Assembly: GCA_902826225.1 (NCBI GenBank)
Contig: CADEED010000002.1
Span: 3,890-67,889 of the forward strand
Length of the DNA: 64,000 nucleotides
Reading direction: 5' to 3'
Origin: an uncultured Pseudomonadota bacterium
GTDB lineage: Bacteria > Pseudomonadota > Gammaproteobacteria > Steroidobacterales > Steroidobacteraceae
Shown: positions 8,084 through 16,475 of the stretch, one piece after another
Layout: every line of letters starts with the position of its first letter
Numbering within the stretch: position 1 is the first letter of the stretch
The notes under the pieces: model-generated
Databases searched by the model: none
Seen by the model: only the letters and a program-made list of their open reading frames with translations
What the model was told of the DNA's origin: nothing
Made by a program: the position numbers and the translations under genes

Positions 8084-9010
8084 ATGAGCTTCCATGGAAT
8101 GTTCACTCGCGGCCTTGTCGCCGCGCTGCTGCTGTGCCTGGGCTCGCAGGTCTTTGCCGCGCGCACGACGACCTACCTGCACAACGACGGTCTCGGCTCC
8201 GTCGTCGCCGCGACCAACCAGGCAGGCGCCGTGCTGTGGCGCAAGGACTACGCGCCGTTCGGCGAGCAGATCGACTCGACGCCTGACAGTGAGCGCACCG
8301 CCTACACGGGCAAGCAGCACGACGACGCCATCGGGCTCACCTACTTCGGTGGCCGGCACTTCGATCCTGAGCTCGGGCGATTCACCAGCGTCGACCCGGT
8401 CGCGTTCACCGAACAGAACGCGATGAGCTTCAACCGATACCTGTACGTGAACAACAACCCGTACAAATATGTGGATCCGGATGGGGAGTTCCTGAACTTC
8501 GCGGCGAAGTTCGTGCTCGATGTGGGCGTGAACATGGCGATCAACTACCTCACCACGGGGGAGTTGAATGTATCCGGCGCGCTGAAGGACTCAGCAATCG
8601 GACTCCTCAATCCCGCGAAGACTACCGCCGGCATCGGAAAGCTGGGAATGGTTCTTTCCAAGGGAGGCAAGGTCACTCCCGACGCCGGCAGCATTGCATC
8701 AGCGACAAGCAAGGCTACCAAACCGGGTCGCGTGAAGAATCACCATCGAGAAGCACCCGACGCTGACGGTCGTCCACATACGTCGTACCGCACCGACGCC
8801 GAGGGACGGGTCACATCTTACGAGACGTACAACTATCCGTCGTCGGGAGTCGGCAAGCGTGTAGATGCAGTCGGGCCGCCGCATAATGGAATCCCGACAC
8901 CACATGTGGTCTCGACAAGCAAGCACGCGAACCCGAAGGACTCAACGAAGTTCTCGTTTAAGGAGACAGGAACGCGCCCAGCGCGGCCCGACGAGATACC
9001 ACGAAGATAG
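8084..9010 (+). CDS. mini-RHS polymorphic toxin 2: same N-terminal module, diverged linker, unassigned His-rich C-terminal domain
   Basis: First 136 aa identical to toxin 1. Linker is homologous but diverged (FAAKFVLDVGVNMAINYLTTGELNVSGALKDSAIGLLNP). C-terminal domain ...GRVKNHHREAPDADGRPHTSYRTDAEGRVTSYETYN...GPPHNGIPTPHVV... Confidence 0.85.
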   Translation: MSFHGMFTRGLVAALLLCLGSQVFAARTTTYLHNDGLGSVVAATNQAGAVLWRKDYAPFGEQIDSTPDSERTAYTGKQHDDAIGLTYFGGRHFDPELGRFTSVDPVAFTEQNAMSFNRYLYVNNNPYKYVDPDGEFLNFAAKFVLDVGVNMAINYLTTGELNVSGALKDSAIGLLNPAKTTAGIGKLGMVLSKGGKVTPDAGSIASATSKATKPGRVKNHHREAPDADGRPHTSYRTDAEGRVTSYETYNYPSSGVGKRVDAVGPPHNGIPTPHVVSTSKHANPKDSTKFSFKETGTRPARPDEIPRR

Positions 9011-9018
9011 GAGCGACC

Positions 9019-9462
9019 GTGAGGATCAGTGAGACTCAACTGGCTGGATTGGACGACTTTCATGCATGGAACGAAGGTAAGACGAGTGCAGAACGTATTT
9101 CGCTCCTGGACTACGCAACTTTTAACGCAACACCGGAGCTGCTTTTTGCTTTTGCAGCGCTGCTGCTCTGCGACCTCATCGAGGTGGAAGGTCACTACTT
9201 CATCGCCGATCGATTCAATCGTGTCTTTTACGAAAGATGGAAGCTGCAGCTGAATGACGGTAAGTCAGTCCAGCGAGTCATGAATCACCTGCACATCAGC
9301 ACACTGCTTCAAAACGCCGAACTCACTGACGACTTGGCCAAGTCCTGCGCCGACCTGATCGCATCTGCATGGTCCGAAGCTCATGCCGCGAAGGGCGTGG
9401 TTGGCGAGGTCCATGGGACTACTCTCGACGATCTTGCGGTTACGCTCGTAAATGGGCGCTAG
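9019..9462 (+). CDS. putative cognate immunity protein 2 (paralog at 2536-2973)
   Basis: 147 aa. GTG start 8 nt after the toxin stop, preceded by taGGAGcg. Lower GC. Confidence 0.7.
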   Translation: MRISETQLAGLDDFHAWNEGKTSAERISLLDYATFNATPELLFAFAALLLCDLIEVEGHYFIADRFNRVFYERWKLQLNDGKSVQRVMNHLHISTLLQNAELTDDLAKSCADLIASAWSEAHAAKGVVGEVHGTTLDDLAVTLVNGR

Positions 9463-9498
9463 TTGGCTTGAGGCTTTTGGGCCGAGTCGAATCAATCC

Positions 9499-9620
9499 TG
9501 CGGATGCGTAGCGTCCGGGTCAATGATCCGAAAAATCTTTCGGGTGCTTGCAGTTCCTGCAATCCCAGCAAGGGGAGCCGCAAACTTGGTTCGGAATGGA
9601 TAGCACCCAACAAAAGGTAG
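9499..9620 (+). pseudogene. 3' remnant of an HNH toxin domain, homologous to the end of toxin 6
   Basis: ...RSVRVNDPKNLSGACSSCNPSKGSRKLGSEWIAPNKR* aligns with ...RSARVNEPKNLSGACTSCNPSKGSRKLGSEWTAPKDR* at 17990-18103. There is no N-terminal module or start codon. Confidence 0.75.
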
Positions 9621-9623
9621 TTA

Positions 9624-10067
9624 ATGAGTCAAGCATCTTCGGTGTACGTTCGAAAGTACGGCAATCCTGACCGTACCGCCGAATACATTTCCCGCGGTGG
9701 CAGCCGCATACAGGTATTTAGATGGGACGCAGACAAGACAGGTGAAGGCGTCACCGTACATGCCACAGCGGGCGCGTCCGACGTGCTTGGTGATGAGACT
9801 CGGGCGTGCGAGTTCTTTGTCGGCTTATCGCCGCCAGTCGATGATATTGCCGAAGCAATCGCAGAAATCGCGCTGCGCGGGATCGGTGGTACCAGCATCC
9901 CCTCGTCTGGAGACACGACCACACTCCCTTTCCCTCTCTGGTCCGGCACCCTGATGCAGAGCGTACTTTTTACAGACGGTTCTGAACTCATTCCGAGCTA
10001 CACGGACTCGACCAAACGACTGGACTTCATCCAGTTGGTACCACTCTATGATTCAGAGCTTGAATAA
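9624..10067 (+). CDS. SUFU-like immunity paralog of 18107-18640, cut short by an in-frame TAA (homology continues in frame to 10157)
   Basis: About 75% identical by eye to immunity 6. TAA at 10065-10067 replaces the Phe codon of the paralog. The same frame then reads KKSNGDKALWREFELRAVAYWNSDRKPAW* ending at 10157, giving the same 534 nt total length as 18107-18640. Confidence 0.7.
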   Translation: MSQASSVYVRKYGNPDRTAEYISRGGSRIQVFRWDADKTGEGVTVHATAGASDVLGDETRACEFFVGLSPPVDDIAEAIAEIALRGIGGTSIPSSGDTTTLPFPLWSGTLMQSVLFTDGSELIPSYTDSTKRLDFIQLVPLYDSELE

Positions 10068-10316
10068 AAAAAGAGCAACGGAGACAAGGCGCTCTGGCGA
10101 GAGTTTGAGTTAAGGGCAGTCGCGTACTGGAACTCAGATCGCAAACCGGCGTGGTAGTCGACTGACCACTTTACCAACCGAACCAAAAGTCAGGCGAAGC
10201 ACAAGGGTGTCGAAATACCAGGTTGTGACAAGGATGGAGTCCCGTCGCAGGCCAGAACGATTGGCCTTGGTGGGTTCTCTAGTTGCTGAGTCCCGGGCCT
10301 CTGGCGGAGGTGTGCG

Positions 10317-11246
10317 ATGAGATTTCATAAAATGATCTCCCGCGGCCTAGCCGCCGCGCTGCTGCTGTGCTTGGGCTCGCAAGCCTTCGCCGCGCGCACG
10401 ACGACCTACCTGCACAACGACGGTCTCGGCTCCGTCGTCGCCGCGACCAACCAGGCAGGCGCCGTGCTGTGGCGCAAGGACTACGCGCCGTTCGGCGAGC
10501 AGATCGACTCGACGCCTGACAGTGAGCGCACCGCCTACACGGGCAAGCAGCACGACGACGCCATCGGGCTCACCTACTTCGGTGGCCGGCACTTCGATCC
10601 TGAGCTCGGGCGATTCACCAGCGTCGACCCGGTCGCGTTCACCGAACAGAACGCGATGAGCTTCAACCGATACCTGTACGTGAACAACAACCCGTACAAG
10701 TACGTGGATCCGGATGGAGAGTTCCTCACCTACGTCGCGAAGTTCGTGATCGACGTGGGCATCAACGTCGCGCTGAACTACGTCACGACGGGTGAGGCGA
10801 ATCTCAAGGGGGCGCTCAAAGAGTCGGTCATCGGGCTCATCAATCCGATCCCAGGGAAGAACGCCGGCAAGTTGCTGATGGCGCTTGGTAAAGCGAGTAA
10901 GAAGGCACCCGATCCAAGGGCGACAATGGGAATCGCTTCGAAAGTCGACAATGCGGCTCCGGACTTCGATACAGCGAGGCGAGCAGCCTTTGACAAGGCA
11001 GGCATGACAGACCCATCAAGAGTTGTGTTCTCCAAGGTTGATCCAAAGACAGGTACAGTGGTTGAGTTCAAAGGGTCGGGAGGGGCGAAAGTTGGGTATG
11101 ACGGTCCGCACAAATCTCCGGGACCGCACCACGATACACAACACATCTCTTGGCAGACCGGTGGAAAACGCAGTCAGGGCGGTCGAGAACGCGGCAATGA
11201 ACCCTACTCTGGTCCTCAGCATCCTTCGCGACCAGACAGGAAATAG
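10317..11246 (+). CDS. mini-RHS polymorphic toxin 3: putative HNH/EndoVII-fold nuclease C-terminal domain
   Basis: Conserved N-terminal module and linker up to KKAPDP. C-terminal domain FDTARRAAFDKAGMTDPSRVVF...GYDGPHKSPGPHHDTQHISWQTGGK resembles His-rich HNH/EndoVII toxin families. That family call is tentative. Confidence 0.8.
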   Translation: MRFHKMISRGLAAALLLCLGSQAFAARTTTYLHNDGLGSVVAATNQAGAVLWRKDYAPFGEQIDSTPDSERTAYTGKQHDDAIGLTYFGGRHFDPELGRFTSVDPVAFTEQNAMSFNRYLYVNNNPYKYVDPDGEFLTYVAKFVIDVGINVALNYVTTGEANLKGALKESVIGLINPIPGKNAGKLLMALGKASKKAPDPRATMGIASKVDNAAPDFDTARRAAFDKAGMTDPSRVVFSKVDPKTGTVVEFKGSGGAKVGYDGPHKSPGPHHDTQHISWQTGGKRSQGGRERGNEPYSGPQHPSRPDRK

Positions 11247-11248
11247 AA

Positions 11249-11680
11249 GTGATTGACGCCGAATTACTATCTGATATCGACGCCATTACAGGAGCTACGC
11301 CTGCTCTACGGACGCTGGAAGCCTCGAAAGCTGAAGAACTGCGAATACGCGTTGGTCAATTGTACGTGCGGGACACTGATTCTCTTTGGTGGTGGGCAAA
11401 CCTCAAAATTCCGATTAGGCGTGTCAGCTATGATCAAGACGACGGTGTAAGCCACTTGATTGAAATCGTCGGTGATGCGAAGGAACTTCTTCTGTTCATT
11501 ACCGACGACGAGTCGCCACCATGGCCGGTTGTAAGTGGTGACGTTGCGAGTATTGGCACACTACTTCGCGAGGTTCGGCACTTCGAGTACTTCATCACAC
11601 CAACGGACTTGAGCTGGATCGCGTTTGATACTCATCAGAACGAAATCGTGACTTCGCGAATGGCAACGAAATCAGAGTGA
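11249..11680 (+). CDS. putative cognate immunity protein 3
   Basis: 143 aa. GTG start 2 nt after the toxin stop. Two 60-nt samples I counted by hand gave about 52-57% GC. Confidence 0.65.
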   Translation: MIDAELLSDIDAITGATPALRTLEASKAEELRIRVGQLYVRDTDSLWWWANLKIPIRRVSYDQDDGVSHLIEIVGDAKELLLFITDDESPPWPVVSGDVASIGTLLREVRHFEYFITPTDLSWIAFDTHQNEIVTSRMATKSE

Positions 11681-12031
11681 GCAGGGGATGTTTGCCAAGC
11701 CGCGTACTGGATTCGTTGCTGCTTCAAAACATATGAAGCGACGAAGAGGCAGTGAAGTCTGTCACTCTTGCGCGATGAGCGAATACAACGTTATGCAGTG
11801 AAGCGAGGGATCAGAATCCAGACGGCTCTTGGACATGCGCAACGTGTGGGCAGAAAACGGATAATCCTGCCAATGTCCACGCCGGGCATAAGAAGGCGCG
11901 GTCGCATGGCGGGGACCTTTCAGATGGCAATCTTCGCTGCGAGGGCGCAGCTTGCAATTTAAGCCAAGGAAATCGAGCCGCGCCCTCATCTGGAATGAGT
12001 TGCGCAGAGCGAGGGAGTTGCGGCGCACCCT

Positions 12032-12529
12032 GTGGACGATCGGACTAGAACCATGACGCACGATCATGTGAGGGTTATTGTAGAAGGAGCCGACAAGGCG
12101 GGGTTCGAGCTCGTTCCAGCACGCAGTCTTGGAAGCGACCACTGGTTACTGCTTCGCACTCCAATGTATGCGCTGCAGTTGGCGGCAGGCGATACGATCA
12201 GATCGCCGAACGACAATTCCGGTGAGTTCGAAGTGATCAGTCGTGGCGGCAACGTCGCTGTGCAGTTTTATCTCGCAGAAGGTAATGCGGACAGCGTTCA
12301 GGAAACCGCAAGTGTGGCGCTTAGTATTGCGCCCGAGATTGAATTGTTAGGCGGCCGCCTTGATGGTCAGACAGCGGGCTTGCTCGTCTATACAGTTCCT
12401 GTCACAGCAGGATTCTCAGCCATCGAGCAAATCTTCCAGTCAGCCGCAAAGAGATTTCCAGGCTCTCAGTGGCAGTACTCCAACATCTACGATTCAGTGA
12501 CCGGCGAAGCGCTCAACTGGTGGAGCTAA
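12032..12529 (+). CDS. orphan immunity-like protein (DUF4265-like by eye); start may be the ATG at 12053
   Basis: 165 aa ORF with no toxin gene upstream. The segment ...GSDHWLLLRTPMYALQLAAGDTIRS...EFEVISRGGNVAVQFY resembles DUF4265 proteins seen in toxin-immunity loci. Confidence 0.5.
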   Translation: MDDRTRTMTHDHVRVIVEGADKAGFELVPARSLGSDHWLLLRTPMYALQLAAGDTIRSPNDNSGEFEVISRGGNVAVQFYLAEGNADSVQETASVALSIAPEIELLGGRLDGQTAGLLVYTVPVTAGFSAIEQIFQSAAKRFPGSQWQYSNIYDSVTGEALNWWS

Positions 12530-12677
12530 GAGCCTGGCAGGCTGCTTGACGAATGAGTCTTCTTCACCGGCGAAGCGGCCTTGTACTTCTTCTTGCGGTG
12601 AGTGCTCGGAGCTGCTTGCAATCTCGCAAAGCACATAGAACGCACAAGCCCTCCCTCCACTTTTTGTGTGGAGACAC

Positions 12678-12707
12678 GGAAACAAAACGGGGCGCCTAAG
12701 CGCCCCG
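12678..12707 (-). terminator. orphan rho-independent terminator, minus-strand orientation
   Basis: Stem CGGGGCGC/GCGCCCCG with a 4 nt loop. On the minus strand it is followed by TTTTGTTT. The hairpin is nearly identical to the cox terminator at 18696-18715. Confidence 0.5.
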
Positions 12708-12718
12708 TGAAGATCACC

Positions 12719-13095
12719 GCGGCCGTGGAGTTCTTCGGGACGGCGACCGACTACGGCGATGGGGATGTGAGTGACACCCTGGTCTGGACGTCCGATCGGG
12801 ACGGCCTGTTGGGGAACGGGCAGACGTTCCTGATCTCGAGCCTTTCCGAGGGCACGCACGTCATCACGGTGACGCGCAGGACGACAGCGGCACCGAGACC
12901 TCCGTTCAGTTCACCGTCATCGTCAGACCGACGCCGCCGACGGTCCAGATCGATTCCCCGACTGACTGGAGTTACTGGGAAGTCGGCTCGGACATCGGCT
13001 TCTACGGGACTGCCTACGACACAACTGACGGTGACATCAGCGCGATGCTCCAGTGGTCGTCGTTGATCGACGGCCCACTCGGCGCAGGTCAGGGC
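12719..13095 (+). pseudogene. internal fragment of the Ig-like repeat gene (equivalent to 5741-6118), frameshifted
   Basis: Near-identical to 5741 onward (AVEFFGTATDYGDGDVSDTLVWTSDRDGLLGNGQTF...). It is 1 nt shorter at about 12874 (gtgacgcgcag versus gtgaccgcgcag), which breaks the frame. Confidence 0.8.
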
Positions 13096-13381
13096 TACAG
13101 CCCGGACATCAGCGTATCGCTCGAAGACCGAAGTGTTTACATAGCATTCCATGCTGGAACTGCCGCTCAACGAAACGAACTCTTGAACGAGATAAGCAAA
13201 CAAGCGGCCAATGAATTTCGTGTCGAACTGCAATTCGAAGAGCTTTGATCTCCCTGCTCAAGACGTTTCACGCGATGGGTACGCGCCGACTCTGACTTGG
13301 GATGAATGGGCAGAAGCTAGTTCACCCAACGGCTTGGGGTCTTCCGACTGCTGAGCTTCGCATTGCTAGCGGAGGTGTGCG

Positions 13382-14233
13382 ATGAGCCTTCATGCGTTGA
13401 TCACTCGTGGCCTGGTCGCCGCGCTGCTGCTGTGCCTAGGCTCGCAGGTCTTTGCCGCGCGCACGACGACCTACCTGCACAACGACGGTCTCGGCTCCGT
13501 CGTCGCCGCGACCAACCAGGCAGGCGCCGTGCTGTGGCGCAAGGACTACGCGCCGTTCGGCGAGCAGATCGACTCGACGCCTGACAGTGAGCGCACCGCC
13601 TACACGGGCAAGCAGCACGACGACGCCATCGGGCTCACCTACTTCGGTGGCCGGCACTTCGATCCTGAGCTCGGGCGATTCACCAGCGTCGACCCGGTCG
13701 CGTTCACCGAACAGAACGCGATGAGCTTCAACCGATACCTGTACGTGAATAACAACCCGTACAAGTATGTGGATCCGGATGGGGAATTTCTGACCTACGT
13801 CGCGAAGTTCGTCATCGACGTGGGCATCAACGTCGCGTTGAACTATGTCACGACGGGGGAAGCGAACCTCAAAGGTGCACTGAAAGAATCGGTGATCGGA
13901 CTCATCAATCCGATTCCGGGAAAAAACGCCGGCAAGCTGCTGATGGCGCTCGGCAAAGCGAGCAAAAGGGCACCTGACCCGAGTGGAGCAGCGAGCTTTG
14001 CCGATAAGGCAAGCAAGGGTGGGGTGTTTGGCGGCATGACTCGAAAGGAGGCATACGGAAATCCTTCGAGTTCTGCGGCTGCAAAAAGGGCGCGGGAGAA
14101 CGCAGAAGGCACCGCGTGCCCCAGCTGCGGAAAAACCATGCGTTCGGGAACGGAATCAGCCCCTGTCGGATCACTTCAACGGGGCAGGCAAGACGATGAC
14201 GTCCACCGAGCGTCGACAGTATGCTCGTACTGA
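13382..14233 (+). CDS. mini-RHS polymorphic toxin 4: HNH-like C-terminal domain, apparently frameshifted (original end probably 14309)
   Basis: Conserved N-terminal module and linker up to KRAPDP. C-terminal domain contains CPSCGKTM. The expected DH motif and an ATGA overlap with the next ORF appear only after a frame change near the CCCC run at 14160-14163. Confidence 0.75.
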   Translation: MSLHALITRGLVAALLLCLGSQVFAARTTTYLHNDGLGSVVAATNQAGAVLWRKDYAPFGEQIDSTPDSERTAYTGKQHDDAIGLTYFGGRHFDPELGRFTSVDPVAFTEQNAMSFNRYLYVNNNPYKYVDPDGEFLTYVAKFVIDVGINVALNYVTTGEANLKGALKESVIGLINPIPGKNAGKLLMALGKASKRAPDPSGAASFADKASKGGVFGGMTRKEAYGNPSSSAAAKRARENAEGTACPSCGKTMRSGTESAPVGSLQRGRQDDDVHRASTVCSY

Positions 14234-14305
14234 AGGCGCCATCAACGGCGCTAAGTGCAAAGTCCGCCAGCAGAATGAAGGGCGCGAAATGCAGAAAGAA
14301 CATCG

Positions 14306-14878
14306 ATGACGATACAAGTTTATGAACGCTATCGTATTGCGTTGGATGGCAGGCTTTCAATTCTGGGGCTGTCAGCCAGTCGAGCGACAGCGTTCGGAGA
14401 GAAGGTTCAGAGCTTTGATGGCGACGTCATGGCAGTCCGATACTCGTCCAAGGACAGGTCCTTTCTTCTGTCGAGAGGATGTGCCAAATACCCAGGGGCG
14501 AATCGCGGATGGCGTGATGAGTTCTTGGTAGAGGAATCCGCCGGCGAAGAGTTCTCCCTCAGTTTGCTCGAGCTGACTGTCTACTACCATCTAACACGCC
14601 GTCCGGTGGAGCCTAGTGATGTTATCGAAATAGGGAGAATCGCGGGAAATGATGCAGGTTACTCACACGTCTACAGCTCGGTACCGTTCTTTCTCCCTGG
14701 CAGCGTGAATGCGATCCAGATGGAGGGTGCCAATTTTGCTTTGCAATGGTTGATGCCGATCTTTCCCCGAGAAGCCGCATTTATCGAAGCGAACGGGTCT
14801 GACAAGTTCGAGACGAGACTGAGATCATCACAGTATGACTTCTTTGACGCTCGTTTAGATCTCGACTACCTGAACTGA
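14306..14878 (+). CDS. putative cognate immunity protein 4 (SUFU-like C-terminal half by eye)
   Basis: 190 aa. The ATG overlaps the stop of the shifted toxin frame (ATGA at 14306-14309). The C-terminus ...FALQWLMPIFPREAAFIEANGSDKFETRL...D..R follows the SUFU-like pattern. Confidence 0.65.
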   Translation: MTIQVYERYRIALDGRLSILGLSASRATAFGEKVQSFDGDVMAVRYSSKDRSFLLSRGCAKYPGANRGWRDEFLVEESAGEEFSLSLLELTVYYHLTRRPVEPSDVIEIGRIAGNDAGYSHVYSSVPFFLPGSVNAIQMEGANFALQWLMPIFPREAAFIEANGSDKFETRLRSSQYDFFDARLDLDYLN

Positions 14879-14943
14879 GTTAGTGCGCATGTCGGACGCT
14901 GAGGACATTACAAACGGTAACGGCAACAAGTTGGCTTCGGACA

Positions 14944-15426
14944 ATGGCTGATGCGTCAGGATCGAAACAATGGCGAATCGGCGATGTTTTCACGATTCCA
15001 ACGAAGGACGGACAGCTCGCCATCGGGCAAATCGTTGGCGTGGAGCCCGACCTGCTCTCCAGTGCCACAGTGGCTCTGTTCGACGAGCGGCACGCATCCA
15101 TCGAAGGGGCTCGAATTCACGCATCGCTGTCACCCGAGAATCTATTCGCTGTGCTCTACGTGACGAAGAACCACCTGGACTCCGGTGACTGGAGAGTTGT
15201 CGACCATCGCAAAGTAGAGGTCGACCCGCGCACGAATCCGTTTGAGCACACGCGAAGCAAAGGATTCATTGGTGCGAAGGTGTTTGGTGCGGACATCGTC
15301 AACGAGTTCGTGAACGCGTTTTACGGGTTGGTTCCTTGGGATGACTGGAAGGACCCGAATTACCTGGATGCCCTGTTGATCTCGAAGGACGTAAAGCCCG
15401 TGGGGCGTTTGATATTCAAGAGCTGA
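14944..15426 (+). CDS. orphan immunity-like protein (Imm26-like by eye)
   Basis: 160 aa with no toxin upstream. WRIGDVFTIPTKDGQLAIGQIVG...PWDDWKDPNYLDALL resembles Imm26-type immunity proteins. Confidence 0.5.
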   Translation: MADASGSKQWRIGDVFTIPTKDGQLAIGQIVGVEPDLLSSATVALFDERHASIEGARIHASLSPENLFAVLYVTKNHLDSGDWRVVDHRKVEVDPRTNPFEHTRSKGFIGAKVFGADIVNEFVNAFYGLVPWDDWKDPNYLDALLISKDVKPVGRLIFKS

Positions 15427-15521
15427 CGTTGGGCCAGAGACTGACTGCTTTCGCGATCTTCGCCAAGATCGCTTGCGGCTATCCTGAACATAGAGTCTCG
15501 CGTCTCGAGCGGGGGTGTGCG

Positions 15522-16463
15522 ATGAGGTCTCATGAACTGATCACCCGCGGTCTCGTCGCCATGCTGCTGCTGAGCCTCGGCGCTCAAGCATTCGCAGCGC
15601 GCACGACGACCTACCTGCACAACGACGGTCTCGGCTCCGTCGTCGCCGCGACCAACCAGGCAGGCGCCGTGCTGTGGCGCAAGGACTACGCGCCGTTCGG
15701 CGAGCAGATCGACTCGACGCCTGACAGTGAGCGCACCGCCTACACGGGCAAGCAGCACGACGACGCCATCGGGCTCACCTACTTCGGTGGCCGGCACTTC
15801 GATCCTGAGCTCGGGCGATTCACCAGCGTCGACCCGGTCGCGTTCACCGAACAGAACGCGATGAGCTTCAACCGATACCTGTACGTGAACAACAACCCGT
15901 ACAAGTACGTGGATCCGGATGGAGAGTTCCTCACCTACGTCGCGAAGTTCGTGATCGACGTGGGCATCAACGTCGCGCTGAACTACGTCACGACGGGTGA
16001 GGCGAATCTCAAGGGGGCGCTCAAAGAGTCGGTCATCGGGCTCATCAATCCGATCCCAGGGAAGAACGCCGGCAAGTTGCTGATGGCGCTTGGTAAAGCG
16101 AGCAAGAAAGCGCCAGATCCCGGCGCGGCAACGGGGATCTTGGCAAACAAAGCGTCAGGAGATGCTTTCGCCCGAAAGGCAATCGCTTCGCTGAAAGAGA
16201 CACAGTCGGGCGTCGTTCAAGAAGTAACAGTTCGTACAAAAAGCGGCGTGCGGACGCGTCTCGACGCGCTTGGTAGAGATGCCTCGAGCGCTGTCCGATG
16301 TAGTGAGTGCAAGGGATCGGCTGCCGCGCGACTAACTACCAATCAAACGAAAGCGTTTCCTGAGATCGAGAAATCTGGCGCAGTTGTCGTTGGCAAAGGA
16401 AAGCCGGGCTTTCCGGGAGGTACCGTGATACCTCCAACCAAAGTCGATATCATCAGGCCATAG
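15522..16463 (+). CDS. mini-RHS polymorphic toxin 5: restriction-endonuclease-fold (PD-(D/E)xK-like) C-terminal domain
   Basis: Start taken at Met32 of ORF 15429..16463 (MRSHELITRGLVAMLLLSLGAQAFA|A), preceded by GGGGG. Conserved core and linker up to KKAPDP. C-terminal domain ...EVTVRTKSGVRTRLDALGRD...VRCSECKGSAAARLTTNQ gives a D...E-x-K signature. Confidence 0.8.
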   Translation: MRSHELITRGLVAMLLLSLGAQAFAARTTTYLHNDGLGSVVAATNQAGAVLWRKDYAPFGEQIDSTPDSERTAYTGKQHDDAIGLTYFGGRHFDPELGRFTSVDPVAFTEQNAMSFNRYLYVNNNPYKYVDPDGEFLTYVAKFVIDVGINVALNYVTTGEANLKGALKESVIGLINPIPGKNAGKLLMALGKASKKAPDPGAATGILANKASGDAFARKAIASLKETQSGVVQEVTVRTKSGVRTRLDALGRDASSAVRCSECKGSAAARLTTNQTKAFPEIEKSGAVVVGKGKPGFPGGTVIPPTKVDIIRP

Positions 16464-16475
16464 CGCGAGATACTT

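Noticed and set aside
11762-12142. 126 aa minus-strand ORF in the spacer between cassettes 3 and 4, plus 64 aa and 62 aa ORFs nearby.
   Set aside because: It overlaps the better-supported plus-strand ORF at 12032-12529. The sequence is Arg/Ser/His-rich with no motif and there is no RBS. It may be non-coding debris of a deleted cassette.
13045-13248. 67 aa ORF MLQWSSLIDGPLGAGQGYSPDISVSLEDRSVYIAFHAG...
   Set aside because: Its first part is simply the tail of the frameshifted Ig-gene fragment read in frame. The remainder has no start context of its own. It is treated as part of the pseudogene or junction debris.
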